From contig CAYZPF010000001.1 of assembly GCA_964479995.1 (NCBI GenBank), positions 10,948 to 74,947 of the forward strand: a DNA stretch of 64,000 nt, in the 5' to 3' direction. The notes beneath the pieces are model-generated. The model worked only from the letters and a program-made list of their open reading frames with translations. It made no database searches and was not told the DNA's origin. The position numbers and the translations under genes are program-made. This document shows, in pieces, positions 28,588 through 39,207 of this stretch (its first letter is position 1; each line of letters opens with the position of its first letter). Source of the DNA: an uncultured Muribaculaceae bacterium. Its GTDB lineage: Bacteria > Bacteroidota > Bacteroidia > Bacteroidales > UBA932.

Positions 28588-29553
28588 ATGACAAAGCTTG
28601 TTGCCGGAATAGATATTGGAGGAACTAATACAGTTTTCGCACTTGTGGATGAAAGAGGCACTGTTCACAATTGCCGCACATTCCCAACAGAGAAATATTC
28701 CGTTTTTGACGAATATATCTCGGCCTTGTCTCAGGGTATCAGAGCTCTCTCTTCTGAGCTGGATATACCTCATGAGATTGCCGGGATTGGGATAGGTGCG
28801 CCTAACGGCAACTATTATACAGGATGTGTTGACTCTGCCGCCAATTTGCGCTGGAAGGGTGTTTTGCACTTTGCAGAGAAGATTAAAGCTCATTTTGAAG
28901 GGATCCCCGTGGTTTTGACAAATGACGCCAATGCTGCTGCAATAGGTGAAATGATTTATGGCGGCGCCCGTGAAATGAAAAATTTTGTTGTTATTACGCT
29001 TGGAACAGGTTTAGGCAGCGGATTTGTAGTAAATGGAGAGGTTATGTACGGGCACGACGGTTTTGCAGGAGAGTTTGGCCATGTTTCATATATGCGGAAC
29101 AGCAGGCAGTGTGGCTGCGGCCGGAAAGGTTGTCTTGAAACTTTTGTCTCTGCTCCCGGATTAAAACGTAATATTTTTGAACTTCTCGCTACCGAAAACC
29201 ACCCGAGCATTCTAAGAGATATACCATTCTCTCAGTTATCGGCCAAAAAGATTGCAGAAGCAGCTGTCGAAGGAGATATTATCGCAAAGATGGCATTCGA
29301 AATGACAGGCCGTATTTTGGGAGAGATGCTCTCCGATTTGGTAGCTTTCACCGTTCCCGAGGCAATTTTTCTTTTCGGAGGAGTGGCAAAATCGGGAGAT
29401 TTAATTCTGGAGCCCACCCGTCGCCATATGGAGGCTAACTTATTAAGCCTTTGGAAGGGAAAAGTTAAGTTACTAATATCTTCGTTAGACGAGAATAATG
29501 CAGCAGTATTAGGTGCTGCAGCTCTTGCCTGGAAAGCTTTGATTAACGACTAA
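28588..29553 (+). CDS. ROK-family sugar kinase (glucokinase-like)
   Basis: GIDIGGT, NDANAAAIGE, TLGTGLGSG, GEFGH, CGCGRKGCLE; TAGCTTTG box at 28535-28542. Confidence 0.93.
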   Translation: MTKLVAGIDIGGTNTVFALVDERGTVHNCRTFPTEKYSVFDEYISALSQGIRALSSELDIPHEIAGIGIGAPNGNYYTGCVDSAANLRWKGVLHFAEKIKAHFEGIPVVLTNDANAAAIGEMIYGGAREMKNFVVITLGTGLGSGFVVNGEVMYGHDGFAGEFGHVSYMRNSRQCGCGRKGCLETFVSAPGLKRNIFELLATENHPSILRDIPFSQLSAKKIAEAAVEGDIIAKMAFEMTGRILGEMLSDLVAFTVPEAIFLFGGVAKSGDLILEPTRRHMEANLLSLWKGKVKLLISSLDENNAAVLGAAALAWKALIND

Positions 29554-29565
29554 AATAATTGTGAT

Positions 29566-30036
29566 ATGAAATTTGATTTTAAACAATATTTAGTAAGAGT
29601 ATTTAAATACTTTATCTATCTCTCAATAGTATTTGTCCTGATAGTTGCAATCTTTTCCGTTACTTCTAAAACCGGCTTCAAATTCTCTGTTCTTTTCAGA
29701 GAAGGAACTGAGTTACAGATTGCACTATTCCTGATTGTAATGTCATTGATATACCCTTTTTTCGGATACGCTGGAAAGAAGGTCTATCTCAACAAGAGCT
29801 TTCCTGATGACAAAGATAAAATACTTGATGTTATGGAAAGAAGCCGTTTTGACGTTGAATGTGAAAAAGAGAGCACTATCACTTTTCGTCATAAATCCCT
29901 TGTAGTTAGAGCTTTCCGCATGTTTGAAGATAGAATAGTATTAGATACCTCCGATAATCCTATAGTAATCAGGGGGCAACGCAAAGAGGTTTACCGTATA
30001 GCCCGTATGATTGAATATGCTGTTAGAGAAGAATAG
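29566..30036 (+). CDS. Hypothetical two-TM membrane protein
   Basis: 156-aa ORF 12 nt after the ROK gene. Confidence 0.75.
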   Translation: MKFDFKQYLVRVFKYFIYLSIVFVLIVAIFSVTSKTGFKFSVLFREGTELQIALFLIVMSLIYPFFGYAGKKVYLNKSFPDDKDKILDVMERSRFDVECEKESTITFRHKSLVVRAFRMFEDRIVLDTSDNPIVIRGQRKEVYRIARMIEYAVREE

Positions 30037-30060
30037 TTAAAATTCCCTCTGCAAAAAAGA

Positions 30061-30726
30061 CTATTTTATACTAAACGACAACAGGTGAATCTTCATTCCA
30101 GTTGCAAGAAACTGAGATTCGTAACGAGTTTTAACAGAGAGAATTTTATCGGCGCGGCCTGTTCCATAAATATCGTTATTTGCCTCAATAAGCGTCAAAT
30201 CGTCCCTTGAGTTTACCAGCTCAAGAGTATATTCATATAGAAATGAGTTGTCAGTCTTAAGATGAATTAATCCTCCCAATTTAAGGAGATTCCTATATCT
30301 ATCAATAAATGAAGGAGATGTCAACCTTTTATTTTCTCTCTTTACCTGTGGATCGGGAAATGTAATCCAAATTTCCGATACTTCGTTTTCATCAAATGCC
30401 GATTCGATAAATTCAATCCTACATCGGAGAAATGCTGCATTTGTAATACCCTCTTCGGTCACTGTCTTTGCTCCTCTCCACATTCTGGCCCCCTTAATAT
30501 CTACTCCGATATAATTTTTATTGGTATTCATTCTTGATAAAGCTACCGTGTATTCACCACGTCCGCAGCCTAACTCCAGCACTATAGGGTTGTCGTTTTT
30601 AAAGTGATCACTTGCCCACTTACCTTTCATCTCATAATCCCGTCTGAACAACTCATTAAATTCCGGTTGATAAAGCGAGGGAAAGCTTTTGTTCTCCTCA
30701 AATCTTTTAAGCTTATCTTTTCCCAT
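30061..30726 (-). CDS. trmB: tRNA (guanine-N7)-methyltransferase
   Basis: MGKDKLKRF start, LELGCGRGEY, GVDIKGARMW, WITFPDPQ, HLKTD. Confidence 0.96.
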   Translation of the reverse strand: MGKDKLKRFEENKSFPSLYQPEFNELFRRDYEMKGKWASDHFKNDNPIVLELGCGRGEYTVALSRMNTNKNYIGVDIKGARMWRGAKTVTEEGITNAAFLRCRIEFIESAFDENEVSEIWITFPDPQVKRENKRLTSPSFIDRYRNLLKLGGLIHLKTDNSFLYEYTLELVNSRDDLTLIEANNDIYGTGRADKILSVKTRYESQFLATGMKIHLLSFSIK

Positions 30727-31147
30727 CCTTTTCAATTATAAAACCAATCTCTCCTGTCCTGGTACCATCTTCTACTTCAGCTATTTGCCTGACATAAAAC
30801 TTCCATATACCGGGAATTGAGAATTTAATACCGCCTCTGTAACTCCATTTTATATCCCTCCAGCGTCCGGCATATACCCATTCATTTGCAGAGTTTCCAA
30901 AATGAACCGGAAGTTTCAGCGTATCTGCATACCTTCCTCCTTCCGGTACAACTATATCAACTATAACATTGAGATAATCTTTGGAATAAGTATCAGGAAA
31001 TCTTGTGAAAATAGCAATATTATAATAACCCGCAGTATCAATAATATTAACCTCTCTCTTGAAACAGTATCCGGCAGGGTAGGTGCTGTTTTTTGCACAG
31101 GAGAGAAGAAGCGAGGCCCCTAATAAGAAAAGGAGAGATCTTTTCAT
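30713..31147 (-). CDS. gldH: GldH-like lipoprotein
   Basis: Lipobox LLSC, YADTL motif, holB-ricT-gldH synteny. Confidence 0.6.
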   Translation of the reverse strand: MKRSLLFLLGASLLLSCAKNSTYPAGYCFKREVNIIDTAGYYNIAIFTRFPDTYSKDYLNVIVDIVVPEGGRYADTLKLPVHFGNSANEWVYAGRWRDIKWSYRGGIKFSIPGIWKFYVRQIAEVEDGTRTGEIGFIIEKDGKR

Positions 31148-31149
31148 TT

Positions 31150-32319
31150 TTAAGAATTATAATTCCCTCTTTTTTTATTCCCTCTATAGTTTTTAGCCTT
31201 TGTACCTGAACCTTTCTGTTTATTAGGTTGACTATCTTTGTCAAATCTGGAAATACTCTCCTCTCCTGCAGCGCTTTTAAACTCCGGTATTTTTGGAGCT
31301 CTTTTCGGATTCAGATTTGAAGCTTTCTCTCCTCTTCTGTTAAGGTTCAATACCTCTTTTACCTTCTCTGCGCTTAAAGGGAACATATTAGTCATACTGT
31401 TCTGCTCATAAGAAAACCACATAACCCCTTTAAGAGTGTCTGTTTTCACAAGATATGCAGGCCCTTCATCTGTCTCAAGAGGAGCTCTCACCTGAGGGAT
31501 ATTGGTGTGAGCATCAATATATGCAGGAGCTTCATAGTTTATACAACACTTAAGTTTACTGCATTGGCCTGCTAGTTTTTGAGGATTGAGAGAGAGGTCT
31601 TGTGTACGAGCAACTTGCGTGGTAATAGATTGAAAATCGGACATATATCTTGAGCAGCATAGCTCCTGACCACATACTCCTATTCCTCCTATCAGACCGG
31701 CCTCCTGTCTTGCTCCAATCTGTTTCATTTCAATTCTAATCCTGAACTCTTCGGCAAAGACTTTTATCAGTTGACGAAAATCTACTCTCTCATCGGCAAT
31801 ATAGTAGAAAATCGCCTTGGTACTGTCCCCTTGAAATTCGACATCGCCAATCTTCATGTTCAGGTTAAGTGAAGCGGCAATCTGTCTGGATCTTATCATT
31901 GTTTTGTGCTCGCGGGCAATGGCGTCCTGCCATTTTTCAATATCCTGTGGTTTTGCCTTTCTGAATATCTTTTTGAAATCGTAACTGTTGATATCAATGC
32001 TATTCCTCTTTAATTGTGCAAGCATTACAGGACCGGAAAGGCTTATTATACCAACATCATGGCCATTTACGGCCTCTACTACCACCACATCACCTACCTG
32101 AAGTTTCTGTCCTGAGCTGTCGCGATAAAAGAGTTTTCTGGTATTCTTGAACCTTACTTCGAAAAGATCGCTTGTTATCTCATCGGGGATCCCCTTTAAC
32201 CAATCGTTAACACTCAACTTACAACAATCCCTGTTATACTCACATCTCAGCTCTCCCTGTGCATCCCTGTAAACTATGCCTCCCCGGTTACAATCATATT
32301 TTATATCCTTCTTTTCCAT
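31150..32319 (-). CDS. ricT: PSP1/RicT (YaaT) family Fe-S protein
   Basis: EVRFKNTRK, FYYIADERVDFRQL, CGQELCC, KLAGQCSKLKCCINYE. Confidence 0.92.
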   Translation of the reverse strand: MEKKDIKYDCNRGGIVYRDAQGELRCEYNRDCCKLSVNDWLKGIPDEITSDLFEVRFKNTRKLFYRDSSGQKLQVGDVVVVEAVNGHDVGIISLSGPVMLAQLKRNSIDINSYDFKKIFRKAKPQDIEKWQDAIAREHKTMIRSRQIAASLNLNMKIGDVEFQGDSTKAIFYYIADERVDFRQLIKVFAEEFRIRIEMKQIGARQEAGLIGGIGVCGQELCCSRYMSDFQSITTQVARTQDLSLNPQKLAGQCSKLKCCINYEAPAYIDAHTNIPQVRAPLETDEGPAYLVKTDTLKGVMWFSYEQNSMTNMFPLSAEKVKEVLNLNRRGEKASNLNPKRAPKIPEFKSAAGEESISRFDKDSQPNKQKGSGTKAKNYRGNKKRGNYNS

Positions 32320-32327
32320 ATTATCGA

Positions 32328-33446
32328 CTACAAATATAGGAAAAAACGATTACTTAAATCTGCAAAGATGTAACGTGAGTTTACATTTTTGTCAATATCT
32401 TCCAGAGCTCTGTTAACTTCATCGTAGGCCCTTGTGTAAAATTCCGGATTAATCCGCTTACTCCAGGAAGATATTAACTCCTTTTGGGAATAGGGAGTGT
32501 TAGAGATCTCTTCCACTCCTTGTGATGTGATAAGAGACCTTCGTATAAATTCCAGCAGATACTCGCAGAATCTCCTTTGCCCCTCTCTTCCCATCTGAGA
32601 TATCTCTTCCCAAAAAGAGATGATTCGCAGAAGATCTTTGTTAGCACAACTCTCTAGTAACTCATCTACAGAGTCTTTAAAATTACTGCTCTTCTCCTCT
32701 TCTGTAATAAGAGCTCTGGCTTTACTCAGGCTTCCGCCCGATATTCTTGCCCAAAAAAAGGCCTCCTCTCTGTCAAGATCAAACTCCTGTTCTAATTCCA
32801 CAGCCAAAGCCTCTCTCTCAATTGGAGCCAATTTAAAGAGTTGACATCTTGAAATTATAGTTGGTATGATATTTTCCGGAGATTGGCTTACCATAAAAAC
32901 ATATGTCTCCGGAGGAGGTTCCTCAATTAGTTTGAGTAATTTATTTGCTGCCTCTTGATTCATCTTCTCCGGCAACCACATTATAATAAACTTTTTACCC
33001 CCTTCAAAAGCTCTCAGGTTTAATTTTCTGGTAATCTGTGCTGCCTCATGTACGTTAATTAATCCCGATTTGTTTCCCATTTTAATTTTGTCATACCACT
33101 CTTGCTCAGAAAAATATGAGTTTGCAATAACCTGCTCCCTCCACTCCGTGATAAAATGATCACTTACCGGTGGAGGTTGTGTCTTTGTTGAATTTACCGG
33201 TACGGCAAAATGTAAATCCGGATGGATAAGTTTTGAAATTTTATTACATGCTGCACAGCTCCCGCAAGAGTCGCCCCCAACTTTTGCCTGGCACATTAAA
33301 TATTGGACATATGCGATAGCAATAGATAAAGCTCCATATCCTTCGCTTTCAGAAAAAAGAATTGCGTGACCCACCTTGTCATTGTCTGCTATAGAGACAA
33401 GCTTCTCTTTCAATTTATACTGACCAACTATTGAGGCAAACTGCAT
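32328..33446 (-). CDS. holB: DNA polymerase III delta' subunit
   Basis: Zn Cys cluster, HPDLHF, AANKLLKLIEEPP, TIISRC. Confidence 0.93.
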   Translation of the reverse strand: MQFASIVGQYKLKEKLVSIADNDKVGHAILFSESEGYGALSIAIAYVQYLMCQAKVGGDSCGSCAACNKISKLIHPDLHFAVPVNSTKTQPPPVSDHFITEWREQVIANSYFSEQEWYDKIKMGNKSGLINVHEAAQITRKLNLRAFEGGKKFIIMWLPEKMNQEAANKLLKLIEEPPPETYVFMVSQSPENIIPTIISRCQLFKLAPIEREALAVELEQEFDLDREEAFFWARISGGSLSKARALITEEEKSSNFKDSVDELLESCANKDLLRIISFWEEISQMGREGQRRFCEYLLEFIRRSLITSQGVEEISNTPYSQKELISSWSKRINPEFYTRAYDEVNRALEDIDKNVNSRYIFADLSNRFFLYL

Positions 33447-33456
33447 TTAAAAATTT

Positions 33457-35304
33457 TTATCCAAATATAACCATTTCACAATTTTTACAGTCAAAAGCGA
33501 GTTCAAATCTCTTGCCTCCGTTTTCAAGCCACAGAGGTTCATGGAGCCTGACTTTACTGCCCTCAGCAGGACAAGCGCCCATTTCGTACTTCAGGCAATA
33601 TTTGCACCTCATAAGCTCTCCTTTTGAGGGAGCTTTAATTTCATAAGCCTCTTCACAGCTCTCTGCTCCCAGCTCTTTATAAAGTTCCCGGGAATATCTG
33701 TTTGATATATTTGCTCTGTAATCCTTATTCCCAACTTTAACAGAATTTTGACTTTTTTTATCTCCCGATTCATCGTATTTTATACGGGTAACCGGCATTT
33801 TATCAAGTTTACCGGCAACTTTTCTTCTAAGTTCATTAAGAACAGAAACAGGGTAGAAGAGAAACTCTGCCTCCCCTTTGAAATTGACGGAATAACACTC
33901 AACAAGCTTAAAATCATATATTGATGACCTTTTTTGAAACTGTTTAAAAAGGATCTCCTGTGCCGATCTTTGCTCTTTGGCTTTTTCAAATTTATCATTG
34001 AGGGATATTTCACAAATACGCCCGTCTTGCGACTTTGCCCGGAGGAATGTACTATCGCCTATCCGGTTAAAGCTAAGCTCCACCGGAATTAGCCGCTTAG
34101 GCATATTATTCACTAACTCTTTTTCAAAAAGATGATTATAATTTCTATAGATAACAGAACCTTTTTTTATGGAGGCTCTCTCATTAGTCACCACCTCGTT
34201 TGCTTTAGTAAAGCTTGCCCTTATCCCAACTGTTTCGCCCTCCGGAGAGACAATGACAAGTCCGTCTCCGTTTGAAATTACACTCTCAGATTGATATTTA
34301 AAAGTTAGATTGCCCCTTATATCTCTCCCGGCAGAGAGAACCATTCCCAATAACTCGCCTTTAGACTTTGCACTCTCTTCGCTACTCCATTTACTCCTTT
34401 CACTCTTGATAAAAAGGTTTGTATAGCCCCTGTTAAAGGTACTCTCTGGTCTTGGAGTAAAGCCTCCGTAGAGTTTCCCGTAAGAGGCGGTGCTGTATGA
34501 TTTGTCTCTTTCAAGAAAATTATCGATAATGTTACGATAAAATCTCACAATATTCTTCACATAAGATTCGTTTTTCAATCTTCCCTCTATTTTAAATGAG
34601 GTAATCCCTGCTTTTATGAGGGCGGGTATATGCTCCGATAAATTTAAATCTTTAAGCGAAAGAAGAGGCTTCTCTTTGATTATCGTGCTACCCTTATTAT
34701 CAATCAAGCTCCAGTCAGAACGGCATAGTTGTGCACATTCTCCCCTGTTTCCGCTCCTTCCGGTAACTTTACTGCTCATATAACATTGTCCGCTGTATGA
34801 TACACATAACGCACCGTGTACAAAACTTTCCAACTCTACGTTGGTTTGCTCTCTAATGCGTGCTATTTGGTCAAGTGAAAGCTCTCTGGCAAGAATCAAT
34901 CTTTTAAAACCGAGAGACTCAAGCAGAACAGCCTGTTCAACAGTACGTATATTAGTTTGAGTAGAAGCGAAAAGCGGAATTGGCGGGAGCCCTGCTTTTA
35001 AAAGGCCTAAATCCTGAATTATTAAAGCATCACATCCTATCTCATAGGCATGTTCTGCAAGATCCCTTGCTTTTGCTATCTCAGCATCATATAGGATAGT
35101 GTTTAAAGTTAGATAGACTTTAACCCCAAACTTGTGAGCATATTTGACCAACACCTCAATATCGGACATAGCATTGGCCGCCGCTTCGCGCGCGCCAAAA
35201 GCAGGGCCCGCAATATAAAGAGCATCGGCACCACAGTCAATAGCCGCAATGCCGATGTCTCTGTTTTTTGCCGGAGCTAATATCTCAAGCTCCCTTAATT
35301 GCAC
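33457..35304 (-). CDS. rlhA: Peptidase U32 family, RlhA/YdcP-like 23S rRNA hydroxylase
   Basis: GADALYI, HGALCVSYSGQC...NRGECAQLCR, KIEGR; long form with C-terminal Cys motifs. Confidence 0.75.
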   Translation of the reverse strand: MQLRELEILAPAKNRDIGIAAIDCGADALYIAGPAFGAREAAANAMSDIEVLVKYAHKFGVKVYLTLNTILYDAEIAKARDLAEHAYEIGCDALIIQDLGLLKAGLPPIPLFASTQTNIRTVEQAVLLESLGFKRLILARELSLDQIARIREQTNVELESFVHGALCVSYSGQCYMSSKVTGRSGNRGECAQLCRSDWSLIDNKGSTIIKEKPLLSLKDLNLSEHIPALIKAGITSFKIEGRLKNESYVKNIVRFYRNIIDNFLERDKSYSTASYGKLYGGFTPRPESTFNRGYTNLFIKSERSKWSSEESAKSKGELLGMVLSAGRDIRGNLTFKYQSESVISNGDGLVIVSPEGETVGIRASFTKANEVVTNERASIKKGSVIYRNYNHLFEKELVNNMPKRLIPVELSFNRIGDSTFLRAKSQDGRICEISLNDKFEKAKEQRSAQEILFKQFQKRSSIYDFKLVECYSVNFKGEAEFLFYPVSVLNELRRKVAGKLDKMPVTRIKYDESGDKKSQNSVKVGNKDYRANISNRYSRELYKELGAESCEEAYEIKAPSKGELMRCKYCLKYEMGACPAEGSKVRLHEPLWLENGGKRFELAFDCKNCEMVIFG

Positions 35305-36257
35305 TTTAAGATTGATATTTTATATTCCGCCATCTGTTTGTATGTAGGGTCGTTGAGAAGCTGCTTGTAATATCCGCAAGCTTTCGAAGTATTCCCTTTT
35401 GATTCATAGCAAACAGCCAGATTGTATAATGTGCTGTTTTTATCCTTTGCATTGGGATCTACTGCATAATAGCACTCAAGGGCATTGATGGCTTCATCAT
35501 ATTTCTTAAGTTGAGCGGCAGAGAGACCTATTAGCTTATGTCCATTTGGAGACTCTGTGTAATCGTTCGATTTTTTTGCATTTGCATAAACTTCATTCCA
35601 GTTTTTTGCTTTTGCAGCATTAGCCGATCTAGTAAGGTAAATTACAGAAAGTCTCTTTGGCGCGGTCTCTACTTCGCCAAGGTCAATAGCCTTCTCGTAA
35701 GCTTCAATAGCCGCTGCTTCATCATCCTGTCTCTGCATAGCAACAGCAGTATAAAGATAGGCCTCTTTATTGTTAGAGTCCAGCTCAATCACCTTCTTAA
35801 ATCCCGCAATAGCCTCGGCAAGTTTGCCGGCATTGAGATTGTTTGTCGCATTTGCCATTAGTAGCTGAGGAATGATATCTGTAGCCTCTTCGCTAACCCC
35901 TTCAACTGAATATGCCTTTGCTGTCTCTTTTGCTTTATTCAATTGAACCATCGAGTTATCAATATCCCCCGATGCGGCCAATGTTTTGCCGTAACGAAGA
36001 TGTATTTGTGGTATTATTGATTTTGCCTCTTTCATAAGTTCATCTCCCTCCTCACCTCTCTCCTCAGGTGTAATCGCTTCCAGCATCTTCAGAGCTTTGT
36101 TAAACGACTCTATCGCAGTTGCGTAGTTGTTTTCACTAAGTGCTTTTGCACCCTCATTATAAATATTTGTTGCGGACTCCATATCTTGTCCGAACAGTGC
36201 AGTAATAGAGAAAAGGGCTGTCAGACAAAAAACGGTTAAGATTCGGATACTTTTCAT
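35295..36257 (-). CDS. Secreted TPR-repeat protein
   Basis: Signal peptide and several TPR-pattern helices. Confidence 0.85.
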   Translation of the reverse strand: MKSIRILTVFCLTALFSITALFGQDMESATNIYNEGAKALSENNYATAIESFNKALKMLEAITPEERGEEGDELMKEAKSIIPQIHLRYGKTLAASGDIDNSMVQLNKAKETAKAYSVEGVSEEATDIIPQLLMANATNNLNAGKLAEAIAGFKKVIELDSNNKEAYLYTAVAMQRQDDEAAAIEAYEKAIDLGEVETAPKRLSVIYLTRSANAAKAKNWNEVYANAKKSNDYTESPNGHKLIGLSAAQLKKYDEAINALECYYAVDPNAKDKNSTLYNLAVCYESKGNTSKACGYYKQLLNDPTYKQMAEYKISILKCN

Positions 36258-36399
36258 TTCAATTCACTTTAATAATTATATCTTAGTTTTTAAATTTTCA
36301 ATTCGGTGTAACCACAAAAATAAAAAATATATTTTAGTATGCAAAATTATTCTTTACATTTGTAAAATGTTAAGGTTTAATGCAAATCGCAATTTTTTT

Positions 36400-39207
36400 A
36401 TGAGAAAATTATTTTTTATTACGGCTACTTTGCTTGTTTCTATAAGTATTTTTGGCCAAATACCACAAAAATTACCGCTCGATTCAAAGGTCCGTTCAGG
36501 AGTTCTCGAAAACGGTTTGACCTATTTTATTGTTAAAAATGCAGAACCGAAAGGACAGGCGGAATTCTTTATTGCACAAAAAGTAGGAGCAATTCAAGAG
36601 GAGGAGAATCAAAGAGGTCTTGCTCATTTTTTAGAGCATATGGCCTTCAATGGTACAAAAAACTTTCCCGGTAATAAAGTTATATCATATTTGGAAAAAA
36701 TAGGAGTAAAGTTTGGCGAGAACTTAAATGCCTATACGGCAATTGATCAAACTGTTTACAACATATCTGCCGTACCAGCTCAAACCGATACTGTAATAGA
36801 TGCTTGTCTGTTAATACTTCATGACTGGGCATGCGCCATTAATCTTCTGGAAGAGGATATAGATAAGGAGAGAGGCGTTATACGTGAAGAGCTGCGCACA
36901 ACGAGTAATGCAAGGATGAGAATGTTTGAAGCGCTCTTACCGGAACTTATGCCCGGCAGTAAGTATGCACACCGGCTTCCGGCAGGTTTGGTTGAGGTGA
37001 TTAATACATTTACCTATGACGAGTTAAGGGCATACTATAAAAAATGGTATCGCCCCGATCTTCAGGGTATAGTTATTGCCGGGGACATCGATCCCGATGC
37101 TGTTGAAAAAAAGGTAAAAAAGCTGTTCGGAGCTATACCTGCTCCTGTTAATCCCGCAATAAGAAGGGAATATGAGGTGCCTGACAATAAAGAGCCTCTG
37201 ATTGCCGTCGCTTCTGATAAAGAGGCCCAGTCAACAAACATAATGCTTATGTACAAACATGATCCGCTTCCTGCTGAGCATAGGGCTACGGCAAGCATAA
37301 ATGCTTATGATTATCTTAACACAATGACGGTTTCTATATTAAATGAAAGATTATCTGAGATTGCTCAAAAACCCGGAGCCCCATTTTTAGGCGCCTCTTC
37401 ATATTATGATCTCTTTTTGACTTCACAAACCAAAGATGCCTTCACAATTGGAGCTATATCACGGGAAGATGGAATAGCAGATGCCTTTAAATCAATTACA
37501 ACAGAGGCAGAAAGGGTTAAAAGATTCGGTTTCACATCTAGTGAATATGAGAGAGCAAAGGCAAATTATCTGAGCGAAATTGAAAGAGCATATAAGGAAA
37601 AAGATAAAAGAAGCAGTTCAGACTATGTAGAAGAGATTTTGAATCACTTCCTTACCGGTGATGCAATGCCCGGTATCGAAATTGACTACTCAATATCGCA
37701 ACAACTTGCCTCTGTTATCACATTAGAACAGTTAAATTCTTACGCCAATTCACTTATAACTGATAATAATGTAGTTGTAGCTGTCATGATGCCTAAGAAA
37801 GATGGGGTAGAAGAGCCTGGTAAAGAGCTTCTTCTAAAAATCTATGAAGAGACTAAAAAGTCTGAGATAGAGGCCTATAAAGAGAAAATCACTAACGAGC
37901 CGCTTATTTCTAAAACTCCGGTTGCCGGTAAGATTTTATCGGAAAGCCCGGAGCCAATAAGCAATGGTGTTGTCTGGATACTTTCAAACGGAGCAACTGT
38001 GGTTGTAAAGCAAACAGATTTCAAGGAAGATCAGATTCTGTTCAATGCAGTCAGTCGCGGAGGCCTCTCATTAGTTGATGTAAAGGAGGTTATAAGCTCA
38101 AAAATTGCAAGCAATGTTATATCAATTGGAGGGTTAGGAAATTTTAGCCCTACCGATCTCAACAAAGTCCTCGCCGGGAAAAATGTCTCTTTTAAAAATA
38201 CTATATCTCTGAGTTCAGAATCAATAAGCGGAAACAGTTCTCCTAAAGACATAGAGATATTTTTACAACTTATATATTTGAATTTCATAGATATAAGAAC
38301 AGATGAAGAGGCTTATCAAGCTTTTTTGGAAAGATATAGGGTGGGACTTAAAAATTCAGAAACCAATCCCGGTACAACATTCAGCGATTCCCTTCAAGCA
38401 AACCTTTACAACAGAAATCCCTATATCAAGAGGCTTACGGCAGATGATACAGACCATCTTGATTACAAGACGGCAATTCAAATTTTTAAAGAGAGACACG
38501 CCAATGCCGCCGACTTCACCTTTATATTTGTTGGTAATATTAATCCCGATATACTTAAACCACTGGTTGAAACATACATTGCATCATTGCCAGGCAATAA
38601 AAGTAAAAGAGAAGACTGGAGAAATATTGGGTTATCACCAATAAAAGGTGTTGTTAAAAAAGAGTTTGGAAGGGAGATGGAAACACCCAAATCTACGGTA
38701 AATGTAGTCTATACCGGTGAAATTGAATATACTCTTGAGAATATCCTGATGGCAGATATAATCAGACAGATTTTTGACCAGCTCTTCACCAGGACAATAC
38801 GAGAGGATGAGCAGGGAACTTACGGCGTGGGAGTTGATATGACTCTCTCACTATATCCTTATGAAAATTACACTTTTGTTTATGGTTTTGATACCGATGT
38901 TACACTAACGGAAAGACTCCTTGCACGGGCTAAAAAAGAGATAGAAGGTGTAATTGAGAATGGTGTGGAGACAGAGGATTTCAATAAGGTTATAGAGTTT
39001 ATGAATAAAAATTATGCTCAAAATCTACGGGAAAATAACTATTGGTTAAGTATAATTACTGGCAGGTATCTTAGTGGAAAAGATCTCCAGACAGATTATG
39101 AATCAACGCTTAAATCCATTACCCCCGATAAAGTAAACTCTTTTATAAAAAAGATCTTATTACAGGGCAACAGGTACGAGCAAATTATGAATGGATACAA
39201 AAAATAA
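36400..39207 (+). CDS. pqqL: M16 family zinc protease (PqqL-like), full length
   Basis: Signal peptide, [44 protein letters not shown] box at 36355-36362. Confidence 0.9.
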   Translation: MRKLFFITATLLVSISIFGQIPQKLPLDSKVRSGVLENGLTYFIVKNAEPKGQAEFFIAQKVGAIQEEENQRGLAHFLEHMAFNGTKNFPGNKVISYLEKIGVKFGENLNAYTAIDQTVYNISAVPAQTDTVIDACLLILHDWACAINLLEEDIDKERGVIREELRTTSNARMRMFEALLPELMPGSKYAHRLPAGLVEVINTFTYDELRAYYKKWYRPDLQGIVIAGDIDPDAVEKKVKKLFGAIPAPVNPAIRREYEVPDNKEPLIAVASDKEAQSTNIMLMYKHDPLPAEHRATASINAYDYLNTMTVSILNERLSEIAQKPGAPFLGASSYYDLFLTSQTKDAFTIGAISREDGIADAFKSITTEAERVKRFGFTSSEYERAKANYLSEIERAYKEKDKRSSSDYVEEILNHFLTGDAMPGIEIDYSISQQLASVITLEQLNSYANSLITDNNVVVAVMMPKKDGVEEPGKELLLKIYEETKKSEIEAYKEKITNEPLISKTPVAGKILSESPEPISNGVVWILSNGATVVVKQTDFKEDQILFNAVSRGGLSLVDVKEVISSKIASNVISIGGLGNFSPTDLNKVLAGKNVSFKNTISLSSESISGNSSPKDIEIFLQLIYLNFIDIRTDEEAYQAFLERYRVGLKNSETNPGTTFSDSLQANLYNRNPYIKRLTADDTDHLDYKTAIQIFKERHANAADFTFIFVGNINPDILKPLVETYIASLPGNKSKREDWRNIGLSPIKGVVKKEFGREMETPKSTVNVVYTGEIEYTLENILMADIIRQIFDQLFTRTIREDEQGTYGVGVDMTLSLYPYENYTFVYGFDTDVTLTERLLARAKKEIEGVIENGVETEDFNKVIEFMNKNYAQNLRENNYWLSIITGRYLSGKDLQTDYESTLKSITPDKVNSFIKKILLQGNRYEQIMNGYKK

